DNA of 64,000 bases. Source: Selaginella moellendorffii (taxonomy: Eukaryota > Plantae > Lycopodiophyta). The DNA lies in the NCBI RefSeq assembly GCF_000143415.4, contig NW_003314273.1, positions 2,480,719 to 2,544,718 on the forward strand, written 5' to 3'. The notes under the pieces are model-generated. The model saw only the letters and a program-made list of their open reading frames with translations. It made no database searches and was not told the origin of the DNA. Below are positions 46,719 through 57,399 of the stretch, one piece after another; positions within the stretch are counted from its first letter, which is position 1; every line of letters starts with the position of its first letter. The translations under genes were made by a program, and so were the position numbers.

Positions 46719-48521
46719 TCAGTGAACAAAAGTTTGAAAGACTCTCATCCCCAAGAACGAAGAATAGAGCACGAGAAGCCCAATTCCCAGCGCTCGACTG
46801 GGTTGCATCCTCCTCCCCGGAAGAAGTAGCAGCGTCCAGATCAATCCCACCACCAAGAAGCCAATGGTGTAGTACAAGCTTGGATCGCTGGGGACGACGA
46901 AGGACGCTGGATACGTCTTCAAGCTCGCGAGCAGCAGCGAGATCCCCAGCCCAACCAGAGTGTTAAACATCGGCCCCGCATAGCAGCCCGATACCGCCAC
47001 CTGAGCTCCATCACCTCCACTGAAAGCCATGGCGACGTTGGCCATGAGATCGCCCATCGAGTTCCCCCACGCCAGCACCGTCAAGCCCAGCAGCGACGAG
47101 TCGATCTCCAGGATTACCCCCAGGCTGACGAGAACCGCCACGAGCTCCTTGGCGATGATGTAGAACCAGACGATGCTCATGAGGAATCCTCCCACCACCC
47201 AGGGAAAGACGAAGCTCCGAGGAGGATGATCCGGGGTCGTGACGAAGAAAGCCGTCAGGCCGAGCACAGCTCCACTGCCAAATCCCCAGGAGTAGACGTA
47301 GAAGGCGCTGGAGGGCGAAACTCCGGCGCTCAGGAGGAACGCGAGGAGAACCGGAGCTAGAGTGACGCTCGCCACTGCCACCGGACGAGACCATCGCTTG
47401 TCCTCCACGAGAGGAATCGTGAGCTGCCTGGGAATAGTGAGCGGCCAGTCGATCACCATCTTGAAGAGCCTGTGGAGAAAGCTCTTCCAGTTCCGAGAAG
47501 ACTCGTGCTCCTCTTGCTGCTCGCTCCATCCCCAGAGCGGGCGGGGAACAGCCTCCTCGACTGGCTGCTGGTGCGCGTAGATCGCTACGTGAGAAGCCCA
47601 CCTCCACTGCGGCAACGTGATCTCGATCGGGTTGCTCGTCGCCCCGGAAGAATCCGGATCCATCAGCGGTGTATACCAGTTGTTCTCTGGATCCTCGTCG
47701 TGAACCACGGCTTGCATGGGCAGCCACCGTAGCTTGGATGCTTGCTTCTTGATCACCTCCGAGGCAGCCACAGTGACGGCATAGACGAGATAGATCGAGA
47801 CGAAGGCCACAGCTCCCCAGAAACTAATCCTCCCAACGTAGAGAATGATCGTGAGGATCGCGAGGGTGACAAGGAAGAAGCAAACGTCCCGGATGAAGCA
47901 GTGGCGATCGAGCTGGACGGAGCTGGAAGTTCTCCCGGCAGTGATCACGTAGACGAGCCCCGCCACCACGGAAGTCACGAACACAGCTCCTCCAAGAACA
48001 CTGTTTAGGCCAACTTCGCCAGCTCCAGCCCCCACGAAGGCCGCGATACTGGCGAAGACGTCCGGAGCTCCATTGCCGAGAGGGAGTAAGGAGACCCCCG
48101 CGACGGTGGGAGGGAGATGGAGCAAGCTGGAGAGCTTCTGGAGCGAGCAACAAAAGTAGTCGGCGGCGGTGTTGCCCAGCATGTAGAAGAGCGAGGCGAG
48201 CCAAATGCCCAGCAGCAAATGCCCCAGCCATGGGAGAGCTCCAAAGCGGCAGAAGAAGATCCGCGTGTAATCGATGGCGCCCCCCGACGCGCAGTCACGG
48301 GCGTGAGCCTTGACGAAGGAACACGCATCGTGAGATTTCCCTGGGCTGTCACAGCCGCCGCTGCCGATCAAGTGATTTGGGGCGGCTGCCGGCTGCGCGA
48401 GCGCGAGATCAAGGAGCGCTCTTCCCCGCGAGTGGCTGCTTGCCGCGGGATTGGAGGGAATGCGCCCGGAGAGGAAGAGGAGAAGCACGGCCCACGAAGC
48501 CAACCCTAGAACGGACCTCAT
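46719..48521 (-). CDS. CCX: Cation/calcium exchanger (CCX, NCLX-like), intronless
   Basis: 600 aa with alpha-1 (GNGAPD) and alpha-2 (GNSMGD) repeats diagnostic of CCX, and multiple TM helices. Confidence 0.95.
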   Translation of the reverse strand: MRSVLGLASWAVLLLFLSGRIPSNPAASSHSRGRALLDLALAQPAAAPNHLIGSGGCDSPGKSHDACSFVKAHARDCASGGAIDYTRIFFCRFGALPWLGHLLLGIWLASLFYMLGNTAADYFCCSLQKLSSLLHLPPTVAGVSLLPLGNGAPDVFASIAAFVGAGAGEVGLNSVLGGAVFVTSVVAGLVYVITAGRTSSSVQLDRHCFIRDVCFFLVTLAILTIILYVGRISFWGAVAFVSIYLVYAVTVAASEVIKKQASKLRWLPMQAVVHDEDPENNWYTPLMDPDSSGATSNPIEITLPQWRWASHVAIYAHQQPVEEAVPRPLWGWSEQQEEHESSRNWKSFLHRLFKMVIDWPLTIPRQLTIPLVEDKRWSRPVAVASVTLAPVLLAFLLSAGVSPSSAFYVYSWGFGSGAVLGLTAFFVTTPDHPPRSFVFPWVVGGFLMSIVWFYIIAKELVAVLVSLGVILEIDSSLLGLTVLAWGNSMGDLMANVAMAFSGGDGAQVAVSGCYAGPMFNTLVGLGISLLLASLKTYPASFVVPSDPSLYYTIGFLVVGLIWTLLLLPGRRMQPSRALGIGLLVLYSSFLGMRVFQTFVH

Positions 48522-48659
48522 CGAAGACGCTGCTCCTCATCTCCAACCCAAAAAATTAGGGTTCTTGGAAAAATGGGCGTTCATAGAAAAATTAGGGTTC
48601 TTGGAGAAGTCACAAACTTTTACTAGAGGTCGTGCAAAAAGAGTTTTGAAGAAGGCTCT

Positions 48660-49234
48660 TCAGTAGCCTCCCTTGAGATCGTTGACAACATCGTATGGCA
48701 CAGGAGTGACAGTCTCTAGCGTCGCGCCCTCGACGATAAATCCAGGCTTTGGCCCCGCGGGCTGGCGCTTGAGGCACGTCTTGTTGCCACTCTTCCTCGC
48801 CTCCGCACTGCTCTTGATTCTCTTGAGGAAATCCTCCCGGCAGCGCGAGGGCTTGACGTGCTCGATCCGGACGTGTAGCCTCTTCTTGATGATCCTGTTC
48901 CCCACCTAGCAGAAGAAGCCAAGAATCCACATCAAAATCTTGCGAAAACCCACATCGAATTGGAATAGAAAGACGAAAAGATTGATGCGAGGCATACCTG
49001 CTTGTTCATCTCGACTCCGACCGCGCGCTTGGTGACATTCCACACAACCCCGGTGCGGCCGTGGTAGAATTTGTGCGGCATGCCCTTGTGGATCGCGCCA
49101 TTCACCTTGACATCCACGTAGTCGCCCACACGGAATGTGCGCAGGTAGACGCTGAGCGGGATCGGCCCCTTCTTGCGGAACTCCCTCGCGAACAGATCCC
49201 TGGTACGCGCCCTCTGCCCGTGTCCCGCCGGCAT
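48660..49234 (-). CDS. RPL21: 60S ribosomal protein L21 (eL21); exons 49234-48998, 48905-48660
   Basis: [15 protein letters not shown]...[13 protein letters not shown]...EMNKQ|[17 protein letters not shown]...[12 protein letters not shown]. Confidence 0.97.
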
Positions 49235-49367
49235 TGCGCTAGCTCTTTCTTTCCCCTAGCCGCCGGAAGAACCCTAATCCTAGGAGCCCTAAGATCGATT
49301 TAAACATCAGAATGGACGGTCAAGATGATACAATGAAAATGCCCGGGTTTTAGGGCTCTTGGTTGGA
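49235..49367. promoter_or_regulatory. 133-bp head-to-head interval (putative bidirectional promoter) between RPL21 and TDP1, with a telo-box
   Basis: AACCCTAAT at ~49270 and opposite-orientation GGGTTTTAGGG at ~49345. Confidence 0.5.
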
Positions 49368-52032
49368 ATGGAAGTCGAGGTATCTTCTTCCTTGCGATCG
49401 CGATCGCGGCGGTTTTGATTTGTAGCTCTTTCCCTGCCAGGATCAAATTGGATTGCTGCTTCCGCTGCTTGCGAATGGAGAGGAGGATCCGTCGGTTGCA
49501 GCGATACCGATATTTCGAGGTTTCAACTCGGTCGGAAGGAGCAGCAATCTTGTTGTTGAGGTTTCTTCTTCGGCATTGGAGATGGAGATTTCAGTGGTAT
49601 GATTATGATCCTTGCATTTTCTTTGTTTTCTCGATTGATCGATGCACTCCAGACAGGGTCGAGCTCAATCTCGATCAAATCCGGCTCCAGCGCGAAGATT
49701 ATCCTCAGCTCGCAGTCCAAATCTCCACTCCGTGCTGGCGACATTGTCGAAGGAGATCGCTTCTTCAAGTTTATGCTGTGTTCTTCGCTTAAAGGGAAGG
49801 CAGCAGCGTCTCAAAGTGACAATGTGCTTGCTTCCAACAAGCGAAAGAGGCAAATCGAGGACGACGAAGCATTCGCCCGAGCTTTGCAGCAGGAGGTATC
49901 TATCCTTTTTTTTTTTTTCTATCTTCCTTCACGAAACAAGCATTTTCCTTGTGTGCTCAGGATATGGCGACGACTGTACACTCGAAGAACACGCGAGGTG
50001 GCGAGCCCGAGAATTCGAAAATGCTTCAGAGCTCGAGATCGCCTTGTGGTTTCCAGCTACTGCGTGTTCAAGGCTTGCCCGACTGGGCGAACGCTGGGTG
50101 CGTGCGAATTTCTGATGTGATAAAGGTGATTCGTGCTTTGGTGGTCTTACGTTATAAGAACTTTTGTGATTGAGTCAGGGCGATGTTCTCGTTGCGATCC
50201 TCTCGAATTACATGGTGGACATCGAGTGGCTGCTCTCTGGTAAAGCTACTGCTTGTTTTTTTTCCTTCCAAATAACTTTTTATTCGTAGCTTGCCCGCTT
50301 TTGAGGTCGATCCCGCAAGTGGTGATGATCCACGGAGAGAGCAACGTTTCACAACTGCAGGTTTGCGCTGTTGTGTCTATTGTGTAGCTTTTGTCTAATG
50401 CTTTTTTTGGTTTCCTTTTGTGTGTAGTCTGTGAAGCCAAGTAACTGGCTACTCTTCAAGCCGAGATTGTGGATCTCATATGGAACACACCATTCCAAAG
50501 CCATGCTACTTGTTTATCCAACTGGTGTCCGAGTTGTTGTGCACACTGCAAACCTGATCAATATCGATTGGAATAACAAGACCCAAGGCTTGTGGATGCA
50601 AGATTTTCCTTTAAAAAGTATGACGGGGATTACCACTGCATCAGACTTTGAAAACGATCTGGTGGACTATTTGACAGCACTTGAGGTACGTCAGGTTTCC
50701 TGTAGCCTTTCGCGAACAAGATCAGTTTTTTTACAGTGGTCAGGATGTACCGTAGATGTCCAACACCATGGACAGATGAAGATCAACGCAAGCTATTTCC
50801 GAAACTTCGATTTCAGCAATGCTGCGGTAATTATTTTTCGCACTTTAAAATGAATGGAACTGACGCTTCTAGCTACCAGGTACGGCTGATAGGATCCATA
50901 CCTGGCTATCACAGTGGCCCTCAGCTGAATAAGTGGGGTCATATGAAGCTCCGTTCGATTTTGAAGGAGGAGAAGTTTGATAAAAAGTTCCAGAATTCTC
51001 CTCTTGTGTATCAGGTACCTAGAGTCACGATCTATGCATCGTCGTAACTTGCTTCATTTCTTGCAGTTTTCCTCGCTTGGATCGCTTGACGAGAAATGGA
51101 TGGAAGAATTCTCGTCTTCGCTAAGCGAAGGTTCGACACTTGATGGGCGACGCTTGGGCTTAGGAGAAGCTCAAATTATTTTTCCCACCGTTGAAGACGT
51201 TCGACAATCACTCGAGGTCAGCGATTGTTTCCCGTTATAGGCGCTGGAACTGAACTTGCATCGTCTTCTCAGGGGTATCGTGCTGGGGCCGCGATTCCAA
51301 GTCCCGCGAAAAATGTGGAGAAGCCACTGCTTAAGAAGTACTGGTCGCGGTGGCAAGCAGAGCATACTGGAAGAAGGTTTACCATTGTTTCAAACGCTGC
51401 AAAAACTCAAGCTCTTGTTCTTGTCATGCAGTCGTGCTATGCCTCACATCAAGACTTTTGTACGCTTTCGGGAAAACGCTCTGGCGTAAGTCCGTGCATT
51501 TCCTTGATATTTTGTGACATATCTCCCACGCAGTTGGGTGTGTCTCACGTCCTCGAATCTCAGCAAAGCGGCGTGGGGTGCTTTGCAAAAGAACAAGACA
51601 CAACTAATGATCCGTTCTTACGAGGTTTGCATTCCTAATGAAATGAGCTTCGCAGCAGTCCTGACTTCATCTTCTCCCCAGCTGGGTGTAGTTTTCCTGC
51701 CTTCGATGCTCAGCAAATTCAAGAACAGATACTCTTGCACCGAAGACTTGCCCCTGATCAACGAAAACGAGGCTTGCAAAACCGGAGCACCCAACGTGAA
51801 GCTGTATACTCTCGCTGCCACCGAGAGCATGGACGAGGAAGAAGATACCAACGCGAAGATTATAAGGCTGCCTCTGCCTTACGCATTGCCGCCGCCTCGA
51901 TACTCCTCGCAAGGTTTGAAGCTTCCATTGTCTTGAGAGTGGCTTGCTGGATTCTTGGTGCCAGATGAACCATGGAAGTGGGACAAGCAATACTTACACC
52001 CAGACGTCTATGGCAAACGATGGCCAAACTAA
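49368..52032 (+). CDS. TDP1: Tyrosyl-DNA phosphodiesterase 1 with N-terminal FHA-like region (TDP1-alpha type), multi-exon
   Basis: Two HKN catalytic motifs ([10 protein letters not shown]...TANL; AMPHIKTF...[11 protein letters not shown]), [16 protein letters not shown], and terminal [19 protein letters not shown]. Confidence 0.93.
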
Positions 52033-52385
52033 AGGCCTCGATACTCCTCGCAAGGTTTGAATCACTTCCATGTTTTTATCATTGTCTTGACGATGGTTTG
52101 CTCGAATCTCCATTCCAGATGAATCATGGAAGTGATACTTATGGAAAGGTTTCCTTAATATTTTTCTTTTATGGATAGAGCTTATATAACTTTGGCCCTT
52201 TCTACTAATAGAAAGTACGCCGCCGGAGGAGCCCTAAAAATCCCACAAGTGCGAATGGTTGGACGGCCAGGATGCGCTGCGATTGGAGCTCGGCTATGGG
52301 GCGCCAAGGAAGGTGAAGTTTGGGACTCGAGGTGACAAGGCCGTGAAGATTGGTTCGTGGGTTTTAGGGGTTTAGGGCAACAGGG

Positions 52386-53469
52386 ATGCGGGAAATCCAT
52401 AGCGCCTTGCGCTGCCGCCAACTGCTGAGGAGTCATCGTCGCTTCTACTGCCTCGCGGCTTCCAAGCGTAAGTAAAAAGGAAAGAACAAATGGAATTTGC
52501 GCTGACAAGGGAGGTTTTCCTCGTGTTTGTAGAGATGAAGAACGCCGCGGAAGGGCGGCCGAAGAAGATCAAGTTTTTCGTGGGGAGCCAGAGGAGCAAT
52601 GTGGAGGCGCTCAAGCGAGAGAAGCACTTGGAAAACTCTCCTGGTGAGTTTTGAGAGCTGGGATCACTATGGAGAAACTATAAATTGTGGTTGTTGCAGG
52701 ATGGATCGAGGCTTTTTGTTCGCAGAAGGAGAACGATCTTTTCGTGAGAGTTGACACCGACTTCATCCGGGATCAGTTTAATCTCCACGGGCTTAGCAAC
52801 GAGGTCTTGGATTATCATGGATCTCTGCGTGACATCCTCGAGACGTACAGTAAGTTCTCAAGCTCTCTCGTTCTCACCCCCTCCTTGAATATTCTCGTTT
52901 TTCCAGGGGGGTATTTCGATGAAGAAGCGCAAAAGTTGTATGGTCTGATCCACAGGCGGTACATTCTATCCACCAAAGGACTCGAGGCCATGGTACGTTT
53001 TCTCACATCACTTATGAAACGCTTCTTTTGTTCATCATGTTTTTTTCTTCTCCTCTTGTCCAGGCGAGAAAGTTCAAGCACGAAGAGTTTGAAAAGTGCC
53101 CGAGATCCTGCTGCGAGGATCAAACTTGTCTTCCAGTTGGGCTCTCGGACGATCCAGGAGTGTCCACGGTTCGCTTCTTCTGCCCCCGGTGCGAAGACGT
53201 GTTTGATCCGATCGCCGTGCAACATCGAAGTAAGCAAAGTTCCTGTTGTTATCTTATCTTTCTCGCCATCGCTAAGATCTCTGTTCTGGATTCCAGGTGT
53301 CGATGGCGCATACTTTGGTCCCACATTCGCGCACTTGCTACTCCTGACGCATCCCATGGAAATCAAGCCCTGTGTCAAGCATCCATCGTCGTCTGGCTAC
53401 GTTCCTAGGATCTTTGGCTTTAAAATTCATAAACCATCCGCGTCTAGCGACGATATGGAAGTTGCTTGA
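52386..53469 (+). CDS. CKB: Divergent casein kinase II regulatory (beta) subunit
   Basis: WIEAFC...VDTDFIRDQFNLHGL, LYGLIHRRYI, zinc finger CPRSCC...CPRC, DGAYFGPTF and YVPRIFGFKIH. An upstream exon (52386-52467) splices in frame to 52533. Confidence 0.88.
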
Positions 53470-53670
53470 CAATCCAGTCGATTTTTTCTCATATTTTCCT
53501 GACGATCTTGTACTTATAATCGAGAAATCCACAGGGTAAAAAAAGGTTCCACAGAAGAAACTAGCCGTTAGTTCTTACGTTCTTACGTGGTTGTAAAAAA
53601 CTCTTTCCTAGCTAGCCTGTGTACAGTGGAGTTCTCTCCCCTTTCCCTTATTTTTCTCGAATCGAATCGA

Positions 53671-54315
53671 ATGGACAGCGCCAGAGGTTTTTGTGATCCG
53701 CGCTTCCATCACAGCCAGCGAGCTTTGGTGCCGAGATCACGACGAAGAAGCAGTCAAATTCGCTGCGCTGGTGGAGGAGATCACAGCCAAAGTTTCTTGC
53801 ATCGGCTAGGCGAGGCCTGGAGCGTTGTCTTGGGCTTACAATCGTCGCAGGTAGCTACAAGATTGCTCGTTTCCTGGTTTTTCCTCATCGCTTGTTCGTT
53901 CTTTCCAGGCCGGGACGAGGAGAGTCGCCAAGCAGAGATTTTCCAAGCTTCTCGTCACTGACAGAGGCTTCGACGCCGAGAAGCTCTCGCATTTCTACAG
54001 CCTGGTAAGCAAGCAAGCTTCTCAAGATTAGAACACAAGCTAGAGACTTAGAACACAAGAGCTAGAAACTTACAAGTTTTCTTGTACCAAAGGCAAAGGC
54101 GGCCATCTCGGAGCACGTAGTTCTCGAAGACAAGCAGGTAACTCGTTGATAGAGTAGCGTTTTCATTTCCAAAGTGACGATGGATCGAACAGGGAAAAGC
54201 CACAGTCGAAAGACTCGGGGAGTTGCAACTCCAGTTCAACGTGAAGAGGATAAAGAGTTCCGCGCAGAACGAGCCTTGGGCGGTGCCGACGCTGATCGAG
54301 TACGAGCCGGAGTGA
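53671..54315 (+). CDS. Divergent MinE-like plastid division protein (exons 53671-53850, 53909-54004, 54093-54137, 54193-54315; 147 aa)
   Basis: Transit-peptide-like N-terminus, then SFLHRLGEAWSVVL...RRVAKQRFSKLLVTDR...AKAAISEHVVLE...FNVKRIK. This parallels plant MinE1 (SFLERLNLAWKIIF...RIAKQRLKMILFSDR...ALSDFVEIE...VPVRRVK). Confidence 0.7.
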
Positions 54316-54498
54316 GAGATCTGCTAGAGGGCGGTGAATCACCTGTGTACACAAGTTTCTAAAAGAAAGTTACCATTGTCGATCTAGATATTCACAAGCT
54401 TAGAGATCGAGAAAATGGATTCTGCTCATCAAACCTGTGTAGCCAACCTCTGTTTTTTTTTCCATCGCGGGCTTGTTAAGTACAGGGAGAACTCGCGA

Positions 54499-55017
54499 TC
54501 ATCTCTTCTCTGGAGCGCAAGTTGTGCTCTTGGGACGCTTGTGATCCCCGAGAGGCGAATCGGTGGCCGAGCGCTTCAACTTGAGCTGCTTGCATACACT
54601 CGAGTGAGTGATGAATGAATCATAGCATTGATCGGGAAGAACTTACCTTGTGATCGGCTTTTTGATAGAAGTGCCTCAGCAAAATGTTGGTAGCTTCAGT
54701 GGAGATGACTGCAAAGAAAGCAAAGTTAGCTCAAATTCGCGAAGCTATGGTGATGGTTACCTTGATCCGCCGGAGGCATCGTCCGGTCGTGAGTAGCGTG
54801 ATAAGTGAGCGGTGTGAGTTGCTGCAAAAAAAAAAAGAAAAAAAAAAAAGAAATGGTGGTCAGTCAAGCAAGAACAACGAAGAAAACACGAAGAGAAGAA
54901 AAACCGAAGAGAAAATGCTCGTCGATCTCTTACGGAGCGATGAGAAGGATCCGATGGTCTCAACTGGCTGAAATTGTGCGGGTTGTACGAAGGAAGATCG
55001 CCCAGCAAGGAACCCAT
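54499..55017 (-). CDS. DDA1: DET1- and DDB1-associated protein 1, 4 exons
   Basis: [24 protein letters not shown]...[31 protein letters not shown]...LKRSA...KRPK. Confidence 0.93.
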
Positions 55018-55517
55018 TGTGATCCTCGCGAAAAGAAAACCTCTTTTTTCGCTTTGCGTTGCTACTGATGAATGAAAAGAGCTAATGAGAAGAGGGGAAG
55101 AACAAGGAGAGATTACTCCACATACCTCGACGAAGACGATAGATCTGCGCGCTTCTAGAGGAGGAGGCGCAGCGGCATTGCAAAGCCCTACCTACACTCT
55201 GGGAGAACCAAAAACCCTACCCTTCGAGCGCAAGCGACACGATCGCTCGCTTCTATCCGATAGAGCGACCAGGATTTTAAGGCGCACACCGATTCCCTCT
55301 CGCTCGATCGATCGCAACCCCGCAGCTAAAAGAATGTCCCTTCTCTCCTCCTCCTATGACATGGAAAAGAGCCTTGGTTTTGTTGGCTAGGGTTTTTAAG
55401 CGGCATCGTCGACAATGCGGGCAGCAGGGCGCGCGATCTTCCCTCCCCGACCGATCAGCAGGTGTTTGTAGCTCGCCAGGAGCTGGGAATCCCCCGGCGC
55501 CAGCTTAGATCGTGGCC

Positions 55518-56446
55518 ATGGCAGTGGAATTCGAGAGTGTGGATGGAGGGAATGGAATCTCGCTCGCTGTGAGGATCTACAGGCCGGCGGAGGAGGCGCG
55601 CATCGCAGATCTGGCGCTGGTTCTGGTGCACCAATTCACGGTGCTTGGCGGGTGTCAGGGATTGCTCAAAGGGATGGCGACGGAGCTCAACAACAGGGGA
55701 TACCTGGTTGTCACGTTTGATATGCGTGGTGCTGGGCGATCCTCCGGGCGGGCTACGCTCATGGGATCGTCGGAGGTCCAGGACGTGGTGAGAGTTTGCG
55801 AGTGGGCCGTGGAGAAAATCCCTGCCTCGAGGATCGTTCTCGTCGGCTCTTCAGCGGGTACGTGAAACTCCTCCGACCGATCGTACTCTAGTCGGTTTGG
55901 AAGCTCTAGTTTTTCCATAGCTGTTCTTCCTCCTCTTTCGTTTCTTCGTCTCTTTCTCCCAAGCTTTGGAGTTCTGTTGTGGATTTCCTTTTTATCTTCA
56001 GTCTTGTTTGGAAGCATTGCTTGATCGAAACAGGAACTCTTGATGGATGATCATCAGGATGAGAGAATGGAGCATGCATTTCCTTTTGGGTTCTAACTCT
56101 AGTTTCTCTTTTCTCGATTCCAGGGGCTCCAATTGCTGGCTCGGCTGTGGATCAGGTGAAAGAAGTAGTGGGATACGTGGGGCTGGGCTACCCGTTTGGA
56201 TTCTGGGCGTCGGTTCTTTTCGGCCGCCACAACAAAGCGATCCTCCAGTCGGCCAAGCCCAAGCTGTTCGTCATGGGAACTCGCGATGGGTTTACGAGCG
56301 TCAAGCAGCTGGAATCCAAGCTCAAGTCCGCGGTTGGGAGAGCCGAGACGCGCCTCGTCCCTGGAGTCGGCCATTTCCAGATGGAAGCTCCCGACTACGA
56401 TCCCATGATGGCCAACTTTGTCACAGAGTTCTGTAAGTCATTGTGA
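55518..56446 (+). CDS. Alpha/beta-hydrolase fold protein (exons 55518-55857, 56124-56446)
   Basis: FDMRGAGRS, nucleophile elbow GSSAG, catalytic Asp/His candidates GTRDGF and GVGHF. Confidence 0.9.
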
Positions 56447-56681
56447 TTTTTTCTGTGTTATATACAAGAGTGCCTTGAGCTGTATTTTAAAAAATTAATA
56501 ATTCTACCTCAGCATAGCCGCATTATAAACTTTTCATACTAAAATTGTCACAGAAATACAAGATTAGATGGATCTTTATAGAGTATCAATTTTTGTGAAC
56601 AAAAAGAGTGAACTGAATAAACAGCCCTAAGAGTTTAGTAACCATGGTTATATAAAGATTAAAAAAAGGGAGAGCTCAGCG

Positions 56682-57330
56682 ATGGAGCTCCACTTGTCGC
56701 TCGTGTCAAAGGTATGCACCGAGCTAGAAACGCACGTAGGGTGCAGCAACAAGACGCTGGCCGAGTGTATCATCGAGCTGGGCCGGCGCAGCGAGAGCGT
56801 GGAGAAATTCGGCGGCAAGCTCAAGGAAAACGGGGCGGAGTTCCCGGATGACTTCGTCAAGAGGCTGCTGGCGATCATTCACGCCATCTTCCCGCCCGTG
56901 AGGAAAGACAAGGATAGACATCGGGGGAGGGAGGAAGATAGAGATCATAAGGAGAAGGAGCGAGATAAAGAGGAGAGGGATTGCGAGCGGGATCGAGATG
57001 GAGAAAGGCATAGGGACACGGATAGCAGTGGGAGAAGCAGCAGCTCTCCAGAGAGGTTTGAAATAACGCAGCTGGCTGCTTCAGGGGTGGTGGGCATGCG
57101 AAATAATCCCATGCATGACGATGACGGAGGTTGTATGCTGTATGACGACGAGGGTGAGGAAGAAGAGCTTGAAATAGAGCTGAACGAGGACGAGCCTGCG
57201 TTCTTGAGGGGACTCGGTTGATCTCTCACCTGTGAAGATCGTGAGGAACCCCGACGGTTCTTTGCAGAGAGCAGCATTGGCTCTGGCTAAGCTTCGCGAA
57301 CAGCAGCAGCGAACAATGCTGGACTCTAGA
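56682..57330 (+). pseudogene. Truncated, internally deleted PRP22 pseudogene (inverted copy of the 5' end of 35019-38288)
   Basis: Near-identical N-terminus, but the S1 domain is deleted (SSS|SPERF), there is a frameshift and stop at 57221, and homology ends at ~57330. Confidence 0.9.
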
Positions 57331-57399
57331 CTTGAATTCCAAAACTGTATAGGTAGTTCAGGTGGTTCATAACACTACAGTGACAATATAGGTTTTTCA

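Noticed and set aside
14201-55017. SNI1, TDP1 and DDA1 as a DNA-repair gene cluster
   Set aside because: They are interspersed with unrelated genes; co-location is plausible by chance in such gene-dense DNA.
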